NCBI GenBank assembly: GCA_030141605.1
Contig: JAQGDQ010000003.1
Coordinates: 1,798,001 to 1,862,000, forward strand
Length of the DNA: 64,000 bases
Direction of reading: 5' to 3'
Origin: Tubiluchus corallicola
Taxonomy: Eukaryota; Animalia; Priapulida
Shown: positions 1 through 12,700 of the stretch, piece by piece
Position numbering within the stretch: the first letter of the stretch is position 1
Layout of the letters: the number at the start of each line of letters is the position of its first letter
Translations under genes and position numbers: made by a program
Notes under the pieces: generated by a model
The model's input: the letters and a program-made list of their open reading frames with translations, nothing else
The model's database searches: none
Told to the model about the DNA's origin: nothing

Positions 1-172
1 CTCCAATTCCCAGCAGCATAATTGGAGATAGCTAGTACTAATCAGAATCATCAGACCATGTGAAATTAGACAATTCTGAGTTAATTACATATTTCCTTTG
101 TGCAACAAGGTTTAGCTTGTTCAGAAAAATAGAAAGTACAAACATGTATTTGGTGCATAGACACAGCAAATA

Positions 173-754
173 TCAGCTGGAGTTAGGCCAGTTTTGAAAG
201 TAAGCAGAATATCCCGCCAAAGCATTGAGCAAAAGCGAATCGTCCGGAAACATTTGCTCAGAATAGGGTTGCGCTGTTGCCGGACTCTGCAACAAATCTC
301 TATATCGTGCTTGAGCGGAATTGAGATATGTGGAAGCTGAAGAGCAATATTCACTTTGTGGAACTTCTGCTAGTAACGCATTCTGCAGAATCGAATCACC
401 ATCCCTGTCTAGTCTTGGGTGTGAATTATTTGCTACTGTTTCCCTGTAATCATCTGCTAAAGTGCCATAAAATGACGATACAAACTGATTATTCCTGCGA
501 TGCTGTGTATCATACTGCGAGTTACTTTGTCCAGCTAGAGCACGTCGGAGATTGATCCTCTGCTGAGCCTGGTTCTGGTAGTATGCACCGTACTGACTAG
601 TAAAATCAAACGCAGGACTGGTGAGCCCGGATAATGAGCCAGAAAGAGCGCTGAAGAGAAAAGAGTTAGGATCAGATGCCTCCGTTTTCACGTTCAGCCG
701 TTGATCGACAGCCGTGTGTACACTGCTGGGTTGGACAGCACGGCTTGCACCTAG
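173..754 (-). CDS. In-frame 193-codon extension after the PIAS UGA stop (candidate readthrough extension)
   Basis: After TGA (757-755) the frame continues CTA GGT GCA AGC... for 21 codons into track ORF 173..691 (GTG at 691 is in frame), with no stop until 175-173. Confidence 0.7.
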   Translation of the reverse strand, partial: LGASRAVQPSSVHTAVDQRLNVKTEASDPNSFLFSALSGSLSGLTSPAFDFTSQYGAYYQNQAQQRINLRRALAGQSNSQYDTQHRRNNQFVSSFYGTLADDYRETVANNSHPRLDRDGDSILQNALLAEVPQSEYCSSASTYLNSAQARYRDLLQSPATAQPYSEQMFPDDSLLLNALAGYSAYFQNWPNSS

Positions 755-757
755 TCA
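710..757 (-). promoter_or_regulatory. Stop-codon readthrough signal: UGA-CUAG plus 3' stem-loop
   Basis: Minus strand reads GAC TGA CTAG GTGCA AGCCGTG CTGTCCAACCCAGCAGTGTACA CACGGCT. AGCCGTG (745-739) is complementary to CACGGCT (716-710), and CTG/CAG can pair inside. Confidence 0.6.
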
Positions 758-3700
758 GTCCAAAGATATGCAGTCCTCAGGGGAGCTAGCCTGCTGGTTG
801 TTAAATGTGGAGTGAATCACCTCTGGTGTAGAACTTGCTGTACGGAAGGCACCATTGTTAGTAGGAGGGCTGTAGGATCTCTCTGGCATCATAGTTAGAC
901 CCAGCTAAAAATAAAATTGTGTCAGTTCAGAACCATAACTATGTTAGTTTTCTATACAACATTAGTTTATAGACATACACAAAATATGCCAATTTACTAA
1001 AAATGCTATGGAGCTTCATAACAGAGAAAACTTGTGACAAATTCGTGGTTACAATAATAAATACATTAATTGAAATTTGCCTTGGTACAGGTTTAACATT
1101 TGTGATAGTACAAAACAGAAAATATTATCATGTTTTATACCTTCACACTGCAGTTATACGGCAAAAGTATGTTTGCATTTTTAGCAACAGTAACTTACTA
1201 ACTATAAGGAAATACTTATTCCTAGAACATGTTCCAAGCTCATATTTAGTTGTATGTATATAACAAAATGTTTCATGTGAACAGTTCTAGTTATGCAAAA
1301 GACGGACGTATACAAGTCAACTTACTTGTCTTGCCTGTTCTTGCTGTAACATGCTGAACAAATCGTATCCTAAATACAAAAGGCACAGTAATCAACAGCA
1401 TGTAAAAATCAATGATGTTGCACGATGTACAATCGTGCACATGTAACAAGATGTCTGGTAGATACATGCTCAAAAAATTGGGGTACTAGGGACTATTAGG
1501 TATGGGCAGCTGTAACCTTCTTAGAAATAGCAATAATCTCTTACCTATTCATGGATACTTTGGACAAAATTGCCAGTATTTCACATTTTCTAAGGAAACA
1601 GTGTGTTATGTTTATTATAGTTTTTCACTTGCACATCAGAATACGTTTTCGAAAACTAATGGTGCGAGTTGGTTTGGCATGCACATAAAAGCAATGTTAG
1701 GATGCAATGGTAATCAACTCAAGCACAAAGGCAAATGTGAATTTCACTACGGTTTAATGTAAAAATATATTAAACAAGTCTTGCTTTTCTTACTAGTGCA
1801 ATTTAAATGGCTGATTTGGCATTCAAAGTTGGTACAACTTACATCAGGAGGGCATGCTAAGCTGATAACTAAATCAGTGAAATAGTATTAAAAGCACAAA
1901 TTACTAAACTGTTGCTCACTTGTTAACCACAAGGTGCACTCATAAATTAGCAGATCGAAGTAGTGAATGAAAAAGTAATAATATTTACTCATCAAACTTT
2001 CAATAAGCTGTTACAAATAACTTGAGCAAGGGCTTTTCTAGCGCAGTTATTGCTGCTCACATTAAAGTACGCATATTTCAGAATACGTTTATTCTGTACA
2101 GCAGCATTTACTTACTTGGTGCAGAAGCAGTTGCATAGGACCCAGGCAAGAGGGAACTGCTGTATGGTCCACTCCTAAAGTCAATGGGATTATTCTGTGC
2201 TGCAGCTACGTTGTGTATCAGGGATACTGGTACAGGATCAGATGTAGGCTCAGGCCCTGGCGGGACAGGTATTGCTGGTATTGGACCACCTACAGGAACT
2301 GGCATTATTCTGAAAACACAAATTCGGCATTATTTAGTTTTACCATTATCCTGAAAAATACTCAATAGGCTTTATTAACGTTTTCTACATGCATATAAAG
2401 CTTGATAAATTTGTATGGTGGTATGTACCTTTTAGTTTACTAAAACCAAATTTTTAATACCTGCCCCAACTGTAAAATGAACAAGACGTCAATGCATTGC
2501 TTATATCTAATATGAGTTGTAATTTGTTTTAAAGAAGCAACTATATATTTAAAAAAAGAAAAGATGAAATAAATCCAAGATATTAAAATTTTATGTCTAA
2601 TTTTCTAATGACAGAAGGTATTTGTCGATATTCGTCTTACAGCAAGCAAGATTGTAATTAACAGTGAACAATTTTTGTTCAAAGAATTTCACAAATAAGA
2701 GACGTGATAAAAAAACTCAATTTACATGCAGCCATTATTTACCTAAGGATGTTCTGGAGACAAGTATAAGAAACAGCAACAAAATGAGAACTCCAACCCT
2801 CAAAAATGCCAGCACTTAAGAACAGCAAAGTTGAACTCAGGCTGACATTACGTTTGTCTTAGCAGTCTGCTTCGTTATGTTTGACTTTTGAGAAATACTA
2901 TTTCTAGTGAATGCATTCAATTATCTACATACTGTACTTGTAGAAATTATTACCTCCCTTCATACTTAAGTTTACTGTGTTTTACTAAGATTGTGCAGAA
3001 CTTTTGTGAGCAATTTGCAGAATTAGCCTGTAACATAACTAGAAAATGCACTCAATCCCATATTAAGTATTTACATTTATATAAGCCAGACTTCTTAATC
3101 TTCATAGTCCTCCAGTAAATATCAGACTTCAGTAGCATGGTCAGTTAAGTACAGAACATGTGTATCTAAACCGATGGTGTTTCATAATGAAATTACTTAT
3201 ACAATGTAAACAGATCTATTTAAATTAACACAACACTGAATAATGTAAGTTAAACTGCAACCAAGAGAATAGCAAAAATATAGACTTATAAGCCGTCACA
3301 CGGTCATTCAAAACATTGTTTGTCAGTATTAGTGAACCGTGTGGCTTGAATAGTGGACTTTGAATGTCATTCAAGTTTGACGATATTAAGCGGGTTTTCA
3401 ATTTTGTCAGTGTTGGTCGTCATTCTTGGAATGAACTACTAATAATAATGGCAAGCTGGCGACTCAACTAGAAGAGCCCATTCACAGCGGGTGCCAAACC
3501 ACGCACTGTCACTAAAAACAATGAATTCTTAACAAAAAACAACTGCATACAATTTGTAACAGTGCATGAGTGTATTACGGGAGACAAGAATGTAGATTCG
3601 TATAGGAAATGTACAGGAATTTGCACTTGTACTGTGGCATGTACTTCCAAACGTGCAGCTATCGTGCTTTGACAATGTGCTTTTTCTGCATTAGAGGTGA

Positions 3701-6700
3701 AAATTTATCCAGTAATCGAACATTGGTGTTATCTAAATATAATTTAAAAATTTGTTTGCGCTTCTCTCAATTTCTGAAATATTTGATAATTATTTCTTGT
3801 TTCCCATTCTTTGCCACAATTAGCTTTTCAATGAAAAGTTCATTTTTGGTTGCTTTCGCTTTCCTTTCGCAATGCATGCTGAAACAAAGCTAGGTTTCAT
3901 AAAAGTGATATTAGCACTACTTGAGAAACAAAGTGAACATCCTTTCAACCAATGGTTAAGTGCAAAGTAACTGTCAGAGAAAACCGATCAAGTGGACAGA
4001 GGTCAGTACTTTGAATGTCAGTGTTTTGACTGCCAGTTTATTGTAGGATGTGTGGACCAGCATTACAAGATGTAGCAAACAGTTTCACCATAAAAACAAT
4101 GTAAAAAATAACAGAAAAGATGTATTTAGTTTTTAATTTAGCTCATGGTAAGTGAAACCATGAAGGTAGTAAGTAACGTGGTATGTTTGTATGATCATAG
4201 TAAAGTTGCAGATGTCACTGATGCAGAATCCAGTAGAAACAAAGAACCATCTTACATTAAGCCACTAAATGCTCCTGATTTGAGAAACCCACAACACCAA
4301 ACTGAAAGGTAGTAAGTGAACATGCAGTGCTGCAGGAAAGAAATGCAAAATAATCAAGAACGTGCCACAGAAATATTTATTATTACAACATAAACGAGCA
4401 AGAAAAACAGAACTGTTATGCATAGATGTGCCTTATATACACTTTATCTACAACTGTGTGACTATACTTGAAATTAACAGTAATTTAAAGACTACAAAGC
4501 TCAACTTAAATGCTATTGATCACGGACCCACTCATGCTAAGAAATATACACGAAGCTCAGCTTACATATTTCTGAATAAAGTTTCCTCGAGTGAAAAATA
4601 ACTAAAAGCAGAGAAATGCAAAAACATCTGGTACGTAGGCTTTTAGAAATGTTAAAATAATGCACAAATTTAATAGACTTCTACAGAATTTTGAAAAGGA
4701 AAAAGTTTGACTGCATAAAATTTTATTTTCAATTTTGTTCACAAGCAAGAATCTGCCCACATAATCAATTTTACACACCGGTCACATTGTTGTTACAACA
4801 CTTGCCACTAAAACACAACAACTGACTTCATAAAAATAAACAGCCATTATTTTTAACAATTCAAAAGGTACTTTTTATAGAAAATTGACATTGTTTTATC
4901 TAAGAAATTTAAATCAAAAACTCACAATTTACACAAAGAAATCCACAAAGTTAAGGTTTTTTGTTTGGCTTTATGACCTAATTAACAGGGCTTTCCATTT
5001 AACCAATAATTACTAGCACAGTTGGCAAATAAAAAAAATGTCAAGGTGCCAGTTTACAACCCATTAAAGTCAAAACAGGAAAAGTGCATTGAATTGCAAC
5101 AGCTATCAATGTGCTAAATGTGCTTCAGAAGAACTGAGGAGTATTAAATAACTAAACTATTTGCAGCATTCGACAATTAACATATAATATTCTAGCAAGG
5201 TTATGGACAGTCTGTATCCTTGATCTACAGCAAGTAGTAGGAAAGAGAACCCATTCGTCGTTATAAACATGATGTAAGCATTTTGATACATTGAAATAAT
5301 GCCAATGGCAATAACCCACTTTTCATTTTCTTACTTTCAAAACAGTTTTCATGCTAAACTATGTGTACATACAGACTAACAACGATGAGCTGCTTTTGAT
5401 ATGTATACAGCTTGGCTTGGTGCCAAAGACATTGGTTGACAAGACATCAGGCTAATAAGAACTACATGTGAATCAGTGCCACCAACTTTCCACATTAGAT
5501 TTAAGGGTAGATGCATAGCCTTGTAAAATACACACTTGTCATGAGGCCGGCCATAAAAAAATTGTTTCTGTCTTACCTTATGAGCTCAAAAGATGTCAGT
5601 AGGGTGGGAAGAAAATATTTTTAAAGCTATGAATGTTTAAAGCTGAATCGCAGAATATTTAAAATCAGTTGAAATCAAAATTTAATTATTTCCAACTGGT
5701 TAGCAGTAATCTTTTAAATTTTTTCAATGCACAATTTTTCACGTTTTTCTCATTACTAAATTATCGTATAATTATCGATTATTATACAGTCTTTTTTTGT
5801 ATCAAGAACGCATATTCTGATAATTATGGTATAAGCGGCAATAATACTTGGCCATTAATACACCAATTTGGCAGAAAATTCGATAAGTTTTAGACTCCAA
5901 TACAATGAGCAACGGCAACCCTGGCCGACAAATAGCCGTAGAAAAACATGGTCGCATCCTGTATTCGCCAAAAAAACGATGTTATAATAATTATTGTGTT
6001 TTACATTTTAAATTAAAAAATACGCTTTTTGTATATGAACTTACAAAAAAATTATAAAATTGCCGGCCGGGTGCACGATAAAAAAATATTACCCGGGCGA
6101 TTAGACGGAAACAGAAGTATTTTTATTGTCGGCCTGAACCTAGCTACATGGGAATGATACAGAGTCTACAATTAAGTACAAGCAAGTAAACAAGCACATT
6201 TCTCAAATCAAGAGCATACTATACCCAACTACAAACGTGATTTTTGGTTACCACCATTCAGGTAGTGGTGAAATTGATGACAAACCACTATAGTCTATTC
6301 CACTTATAATGTCTGTTGAAATGGATTCTGCATCAGAGACGCTTGAAAGATTAGAAAAGGGGCTAAAATCGGAGATTGAAGGAAGCAAGGGGGTATTTGG
6401 TGACTGCGGAGTAGTTGGGAGGCTATAACAAGAACTACTGCCAGGGGAAGACATGGCAAGATCTATAATGCTATCTGCAAAACTCACGAACCCTTGCGTA
6501 TCAGACGGGACAGCGGGAGAAGCGCGTCTCTTTGGTGGAGGTTCATCATCATCACTATCTAGTGTTAGATCTATATAAGAATCATTATTGTTCTCCATTT
6601 TTTGTGTGGTGGGCATCGGTGATGGTGCACGAGCAGTACTCACTGTGCTCATTGGTCGAGGTGGGCTGGATGTAATAACTGCAACAATAAAAATGATGCA

Positions 6701-9700
6701 AAAACTTTGTCTAACATGTCATAAAGAAAATTTATCACTTGAAATTAGTAGAAAAGTAACTTTACAATGCTAATTTAAAATTTATATTATAACCGTGCAT
6801 TTTAAAGTGTTTATCAGAACATTTGCATCCCCGAGATCCTTGCTCCTTGATACAAGATCACGTTTTACAAAGTATAGAATGTACAAAGTAACAAAAATAA
6901 ATAATAATCACAATGACTGTACTAGATACTGCTATCAGAATTAAACTTCAAAAAGTTGGCTAACAGTATGACCACTCACTAAATCTTTTAATATCTTTCC
7001 ATTTCTTTTTAAAAGCCAATATCTAAACAATGAACAAGTGCAAAAAAAACTACTATCAAAGAAATTGTACTAATATATAAAACAAGACATTTACCTTCAG
7101 GTTTACGGTCTGGAGTTGCAGAAACTGTTAAAACTTCTTTGTTTTCATTGTGCGGATACCAAGAGCCATCTTCCTCAAATTTTACATTAGAACAATCTGC
7201 TGGAGCTTTTTGGAAAATATCCATAAATAGGCTGAAAAAAATTATATCACAACTAAGCACTATTTATAAACAGATGCTTGCAATAACTTAGTAACTCTTA
7301 AAATGTTTTCCAGCAGCAAAAACTAGCAGTCAAACTACATAAATAAATAGAACGTTACACAGCTCCAAGAAACATACTACCTAACACTAGAAATAAGGAA
7401 CTACCTTTGTGAGCAAGAATAGGACAACCTTTTTCATAAAATTGCAATTTACCTTAAAAATGCTGTTTGGAACTTTGGGAGTAGGTTTATTGTTTATATT
7501 TAATGAGAAACTAACTTTCAGTTTTGCTCAAATCCACGAGACTACAATAGTAGTACAACAAGTTTTACTGTATTTTTAACTCTGTAAAGCCGACGAGTCA
7601 ACTGGGAAGTCAGGCTAATAATTTATTATTAAGTATAGAAGCTTGAAGGATCACACCTTTCTTGAGAACATATTTTACATAAAGAAAAACTTACAAGTTA
7701 GAGCAATTACGGCACAAAGTTTGTGTCCTAAAGGTACTATAAGCCATTTTTAGAGAGTAAAAGGGGCAAATCTGGCAGCCACACAACAAAAAAATTCGCA
7801 CCTTAACAAATTACAAGAATAAGTAAGATACAAAATTACACATACACTATAATCAAAGGATACAGTCAGAAAAGTTTATAGCAAAATTCAAGCTTCTGAA
7901 CAAAAACCTGATTCAATATAAGTTATACACATTTTAGAAATGTGAAAGCAATGTTTGATAAAATATTCATCAATTAAGATACTCTGTCTTAGTGTCTTAC
8001 CCATCAATATGAAGAGTTGAAAAAGTAGCAGGTTTATCACAGACAGGGCAGATCCAGGTAGGCTTCTTCTCATTCATCATTAAGTACAGAGAAGCATCGA
8101 AACACTGCAAGTGCGAGCAAGATGAAGCACGACACGGAATCTGAATCCTCATCTTACCCAACTAAACAATGAATATACATATTTAAATAAACATAAACAA
8201 AAATGTCAACTAAACAAAACTATTCAAAACAGACATTCCAAAGCAGTCACTTTTTACAGCTTTTTGTTTTCAATGTGTGCATAGCGACATACACATGAAA
8301 CTTGAAGTCAGCAAATTAAATTAATAAACAATTTCACTTATTTATGACTGCGCATTTCAGCCTGTCTTTGTCGAACTCGAACAGTACCTGTACTATCATT
8401 TGATTTTTTAAGCCTCTGTTCATACAACTACAAATTACAAGAAAATATGCTATTTACCGGACACATCAGTGAAACCCTCAAACTTGTTGTGGCAATTTCA
8501 ACATCAGAGTGAAGGTTCTGTGCAAACTTTTCTTTGACTAAAAGTATAACACAAACATATTAGTGTTATGTGTTGACAAAAAATATACTGGCAGATGTAT
8601 TTAACACGGCTTAAAACGTAGGCTATCAAGTTGTTCTGCAAGTTGAACAAATGAGAAAAACAGTAGTAACAATACAATGCCATCATGAAACTACAAAATA
8701 CATACTCAAGGCTTTTGTGTGTTCAGCATTTCTAATCCCTGACTGCTTTAGCCTGTTCAGCAAAATGCTAGCTGTCAGTTTTCGCACTAAGAACACAGCT
8801 ATACAGTAAGCCTGGAAAAACACCAAAACATGATAATCATCAACGGAAGTACTGTACTCATAAATATACAACAAAAGCTGTAATTTAATTCGATTAAAAT
8901 GCATGCACGGTTAAACCGAAAAAAAACATCTATGACAATTGCATATAAAATTAGGTAATAACTATGAAGGTAAACATACACGTCCAAACTCTGAAGCCCA
9001 TGACACACTGATGTGATTAGGAACAGTTGGAGACAACTTGCACAAGCCCGTAATGTTGACTGGTCGACTCGGCCGCTTTGGCTCAACGCCAGGTTTATTG
9101 GAGGGAATAATATTCTGTAAAAACATTTTGAAGAAAGAATTATTTTCAAACAATTTAGGTCCTCAATTTTATTAAGATAACATGTCCATCACATCCAGAT
9201 ACATCTGATTCATTAGGGCACTTACAACAAATTTTTCTGTACAGAAAATTGTGTCTACTGAGTGGCACTGATTTCAAACAATAATTCATGAAAAAGAAAC
9301 TGCTAAAAATAATGCCAGAACATTATGTGCAGTTGTTTGTGTCTCTTTTAGGCTTTTCAGCTTCTACATTTCAGTGTTAATGTTCAATAATGCGCTTTTT
9401 CTAGCTGGATACTAGGCTTTCTACGTTAATTAACAGTACCGTCAACTGTAAATTCTATGCTGTTGCAGCTCAGATGACTGCACAAAGTTCTTTGTTTGGA
9501 TATTTTGTGTTAGTTTTATCGTAAAGACTCTTTTGTTTTGCACAAAAATTTAACATGGCCTCGACCAGATATCTGTTTGATACAGTTGGCAACATTTAGC
9601 ATGTAGAATGGTCAGCAATAAATTTGAGGGTTTTGCTGCATATATACATACTCCCACATGTTTTCTGGACCACAAGCCTGTATACTCTAAGCATTCTCAA

Positions 9701-12700
9701 TAGGCCTATAAACAAAATGATTTGCAAAGGCATTATTGTTTTTGTACAAGAGTCTATATGCTTTATATAGATCTCTGCACATATTGTTAGGTCTTTACTT
9801 TCAAAAAACTTCATCACAACCAATATATTTTGCTAGAGGCCCACACAAGTCTTTTTGGTAGGCCTATTTTGGGTATGTAGCTTTTTGCTGACACGAAATT
9901 ATGAATTTGCATTGGAGATACATCTTTATTGATCCAAATTCCGTAGGGCAGCTTCTTACAGACCATGATTGTAGACTTTTTTGTAAACAAACACCATATA
10001 TAACAAAGTAAATAAACATATAGGTTTAATAAATGAATGAATAATTGAGATTTATGTATCTAAAAGATTTAAATTTTTCAACTGTGTATAACACTGAAAC
10101 TGATATAACTACAGTAGGTGTCACTTAATAGACTCAGTTTGGGACCGAGGTGCTTTGACCCAATTAACCGACTGAACCTATTAACCGATAGGTGTAGTAT
10201 TACAGGTATAGAAGTATGAGTCATGAGCTTACTATGCACTGCAGAAGTTTTTAATGAATTTTAGAAACGAAGTAAGGCCTAAATTCCTTTGTGCAGTTAA
10301 AAATTAGAAAACATATTAATTTGCATAAGTGTATTAGCAAAAGTATACTTTTCTAACTCACAGACTTTTCCAAGTCTGTTTATTTGCAAAAATTACAAAA
10401 AATTCTTCAAAAAGTGAGCTGCTTCATTTTCTCATGAAGAAGTTGGCCCACAAAGTTCTCGTCATTATAAAGACATTGAAAATCCATTGTTGTGTGTTAC
10501 TAAAACAATTCTGAATCGTCTGCTCACTTACATTGCCCTTATTTGCTGCACGATGTTTACTCTTTTAATTCACAAGGAATACCGGCCGATTACTATACCA
10601 GCTGCATCTTCGACTGTTAACTCATTAAGCCTAAAAGTGTGATTTGCAACGACAGCATCAAAAGGAAACTGCTAGGCAAGTGATTAAATGTTTAGCTTCC
10701 AGAAATTCTTTGGGTAACTGTGGGCGAGAGGGTAACAGATTCGAAGTAAAACCACTACGCTAGCGTATTAGTGCATGATAAACGTACCTGCTTATAAACA
10801 AAACGGTACTTAACACGATTGTTTCTGCATACATAGTGCACAAAAGTGAAGTACAGATGACGCAAAGATAGGAAAGGCTCTTTAAGCACATACAAATATC
10901 TTATTTTAAGTAGGTGAATGAAAAATATTGAGTTAATTATGAGGAGTTATTTCAGTCAAGTACCGATAATTTTTATGTGTATTTGAATAGAAGCGGCCCG
11001 TTTCAGGCACTTTTGAGTCAATTAAGTGATTGAGTCTATTAAGCGGCGCCTACTGTATAAGGTAGAAAAGTAATTAGTAAAACAGTTTGGCAGCCATTTC
11101 AAGTATATAATGCAAGTAACTATATTTCTTTCTTATGCATTACAGCAAAAATTTTATTTTGTTGTTTTTATGCAGCAAAAATCTGTCCAGTACTGAAAAC
11201 TCTAAAAGACTCATCATAAAAATGGACATGGGGCTATCTTGTATTGCGGCTATCTCAAATTTTTAATTTGTGCCAAAATACAATTATGTTCTTCTTCGAG
11301 TAACCTATGTAGACCTTTTGGGGGGTTTGGGAGTATTTAAATTCAGAAATAAACAAAGGTGCATAAAAGTAATAAAACCTTTGGTGCACAAAGAGCACAT
11401 ACACTTGGCTGTGAAGGGAAGCAGTGGACACACAAATCTATTGATTTCAATGCGTTGTTTAAAACAGAAACATTCTGTCTGAAAACGGACATGCTTGTAC
11501 AGATCAATCTGGATTTGGTGGACATGCAGCAAACGCTGATTGTTGGGACACATTTCCAATTTTTTTTGGCCTTTTTACCAATTCAGTGAGTTTACAAAAT
11601 AAATTCAAGGGAATTGCATTTAAACTTAAGTGAAGCGATTAAAAAGTGGAATAGTTAACGCTCAGATTTACTGTAAGAAAATAATTTCATTTTCAAAGGG
11701 GATTGTCATTCTGCCCATCAAACGGGATTGTCATTCAGTCCATCACATAAATTCAAATTACATTACATTAGCACATAAGCCTAAATTTAGTCATGTTTTT
11801 AGACTTAAGCTACCGAACCATAATTATAAATGTATACTCTAGAGTGAAATCAAAGGACTGGTTACAAAGTCATGCACTACAAATAGTGCATGTGCACTGT
11901 CATTAGTAGGTAAATTTATAGTCCGGTTGTAGGTGTTATTGTCAGATTTGCATTATTTTTCCATTCTTATCAGTAAATAAATAAAAGTGCCAAATTTTCG
12001 AAGGCTACAATAATTTTCTGATTAAACCACTGTAGTAAGTTGAAATATACTATTTTTTATTTAGCACCAAATTAAATATACTATTATGTATTTTATACAA
12101 CAATACTTACAGGTAGGGGACACATTTTGTTATTGACTCTAACGCATATACTAGGTGGAAAATTATCGTCCTGTTCACAGCTGGTTTCTAGCAAACAAAA
12201 CCTTAGTTGGACTTGGACAGAATAATCATATTTAGCACCTGGTCGAACATCCCTGTAAAGAAAATACATAGACCAAACAAATGAAACGGATAAGTTGTAG
12301 TTCACACTATGCATAGGTTATATAAACCTTTATCTACTTGTTTCCAAAAAGTGGACCAAAAGCATAAAGAACCTTAAACAACAGAATGCGCAATACAGAG
12401 TACTGTTAGAAAGTATTTATAAACTAAAAAGCAGAAATTTAAGAATAAAACTGTATTAAATTACCTAGACATGGTAATCTCTTGAGCTTGTTGTGGTGTG
12501 AGATGAAATGCAACAAACGACTCTTGGAATCGAGTGTTACCCTGAGGCACTGCAATAAATATAACTAATTCAGAAAAAATCTGCATATTTTAAACACAAT
12601 TTTCCACTTTCAATGTATTAGTATTAATGTATAAATATTACTGTACCAAAATTTGCTTTTTTTGGAATTCCCAAAATCCTGTCTATGAATATTTAAAAAT

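Noticed and set aside
38-175. Second readthrough past the extension stop
   Set aside because: The context is UGA-U, and the downstream open stretch is short and AT-rich.
173-691. Independent 172-aa gene
   Set aside because: It has only a GTG start, and the frame is open up to the PIAS stop, so an extension explains it better.
755-757. PIAS UGA as a selenocysteine codon
   Set aside because: It sits at the conserved family stop position rather than a catalytic Cys, and I recognised no SECIS. The 3' UTR is only partly in the window.
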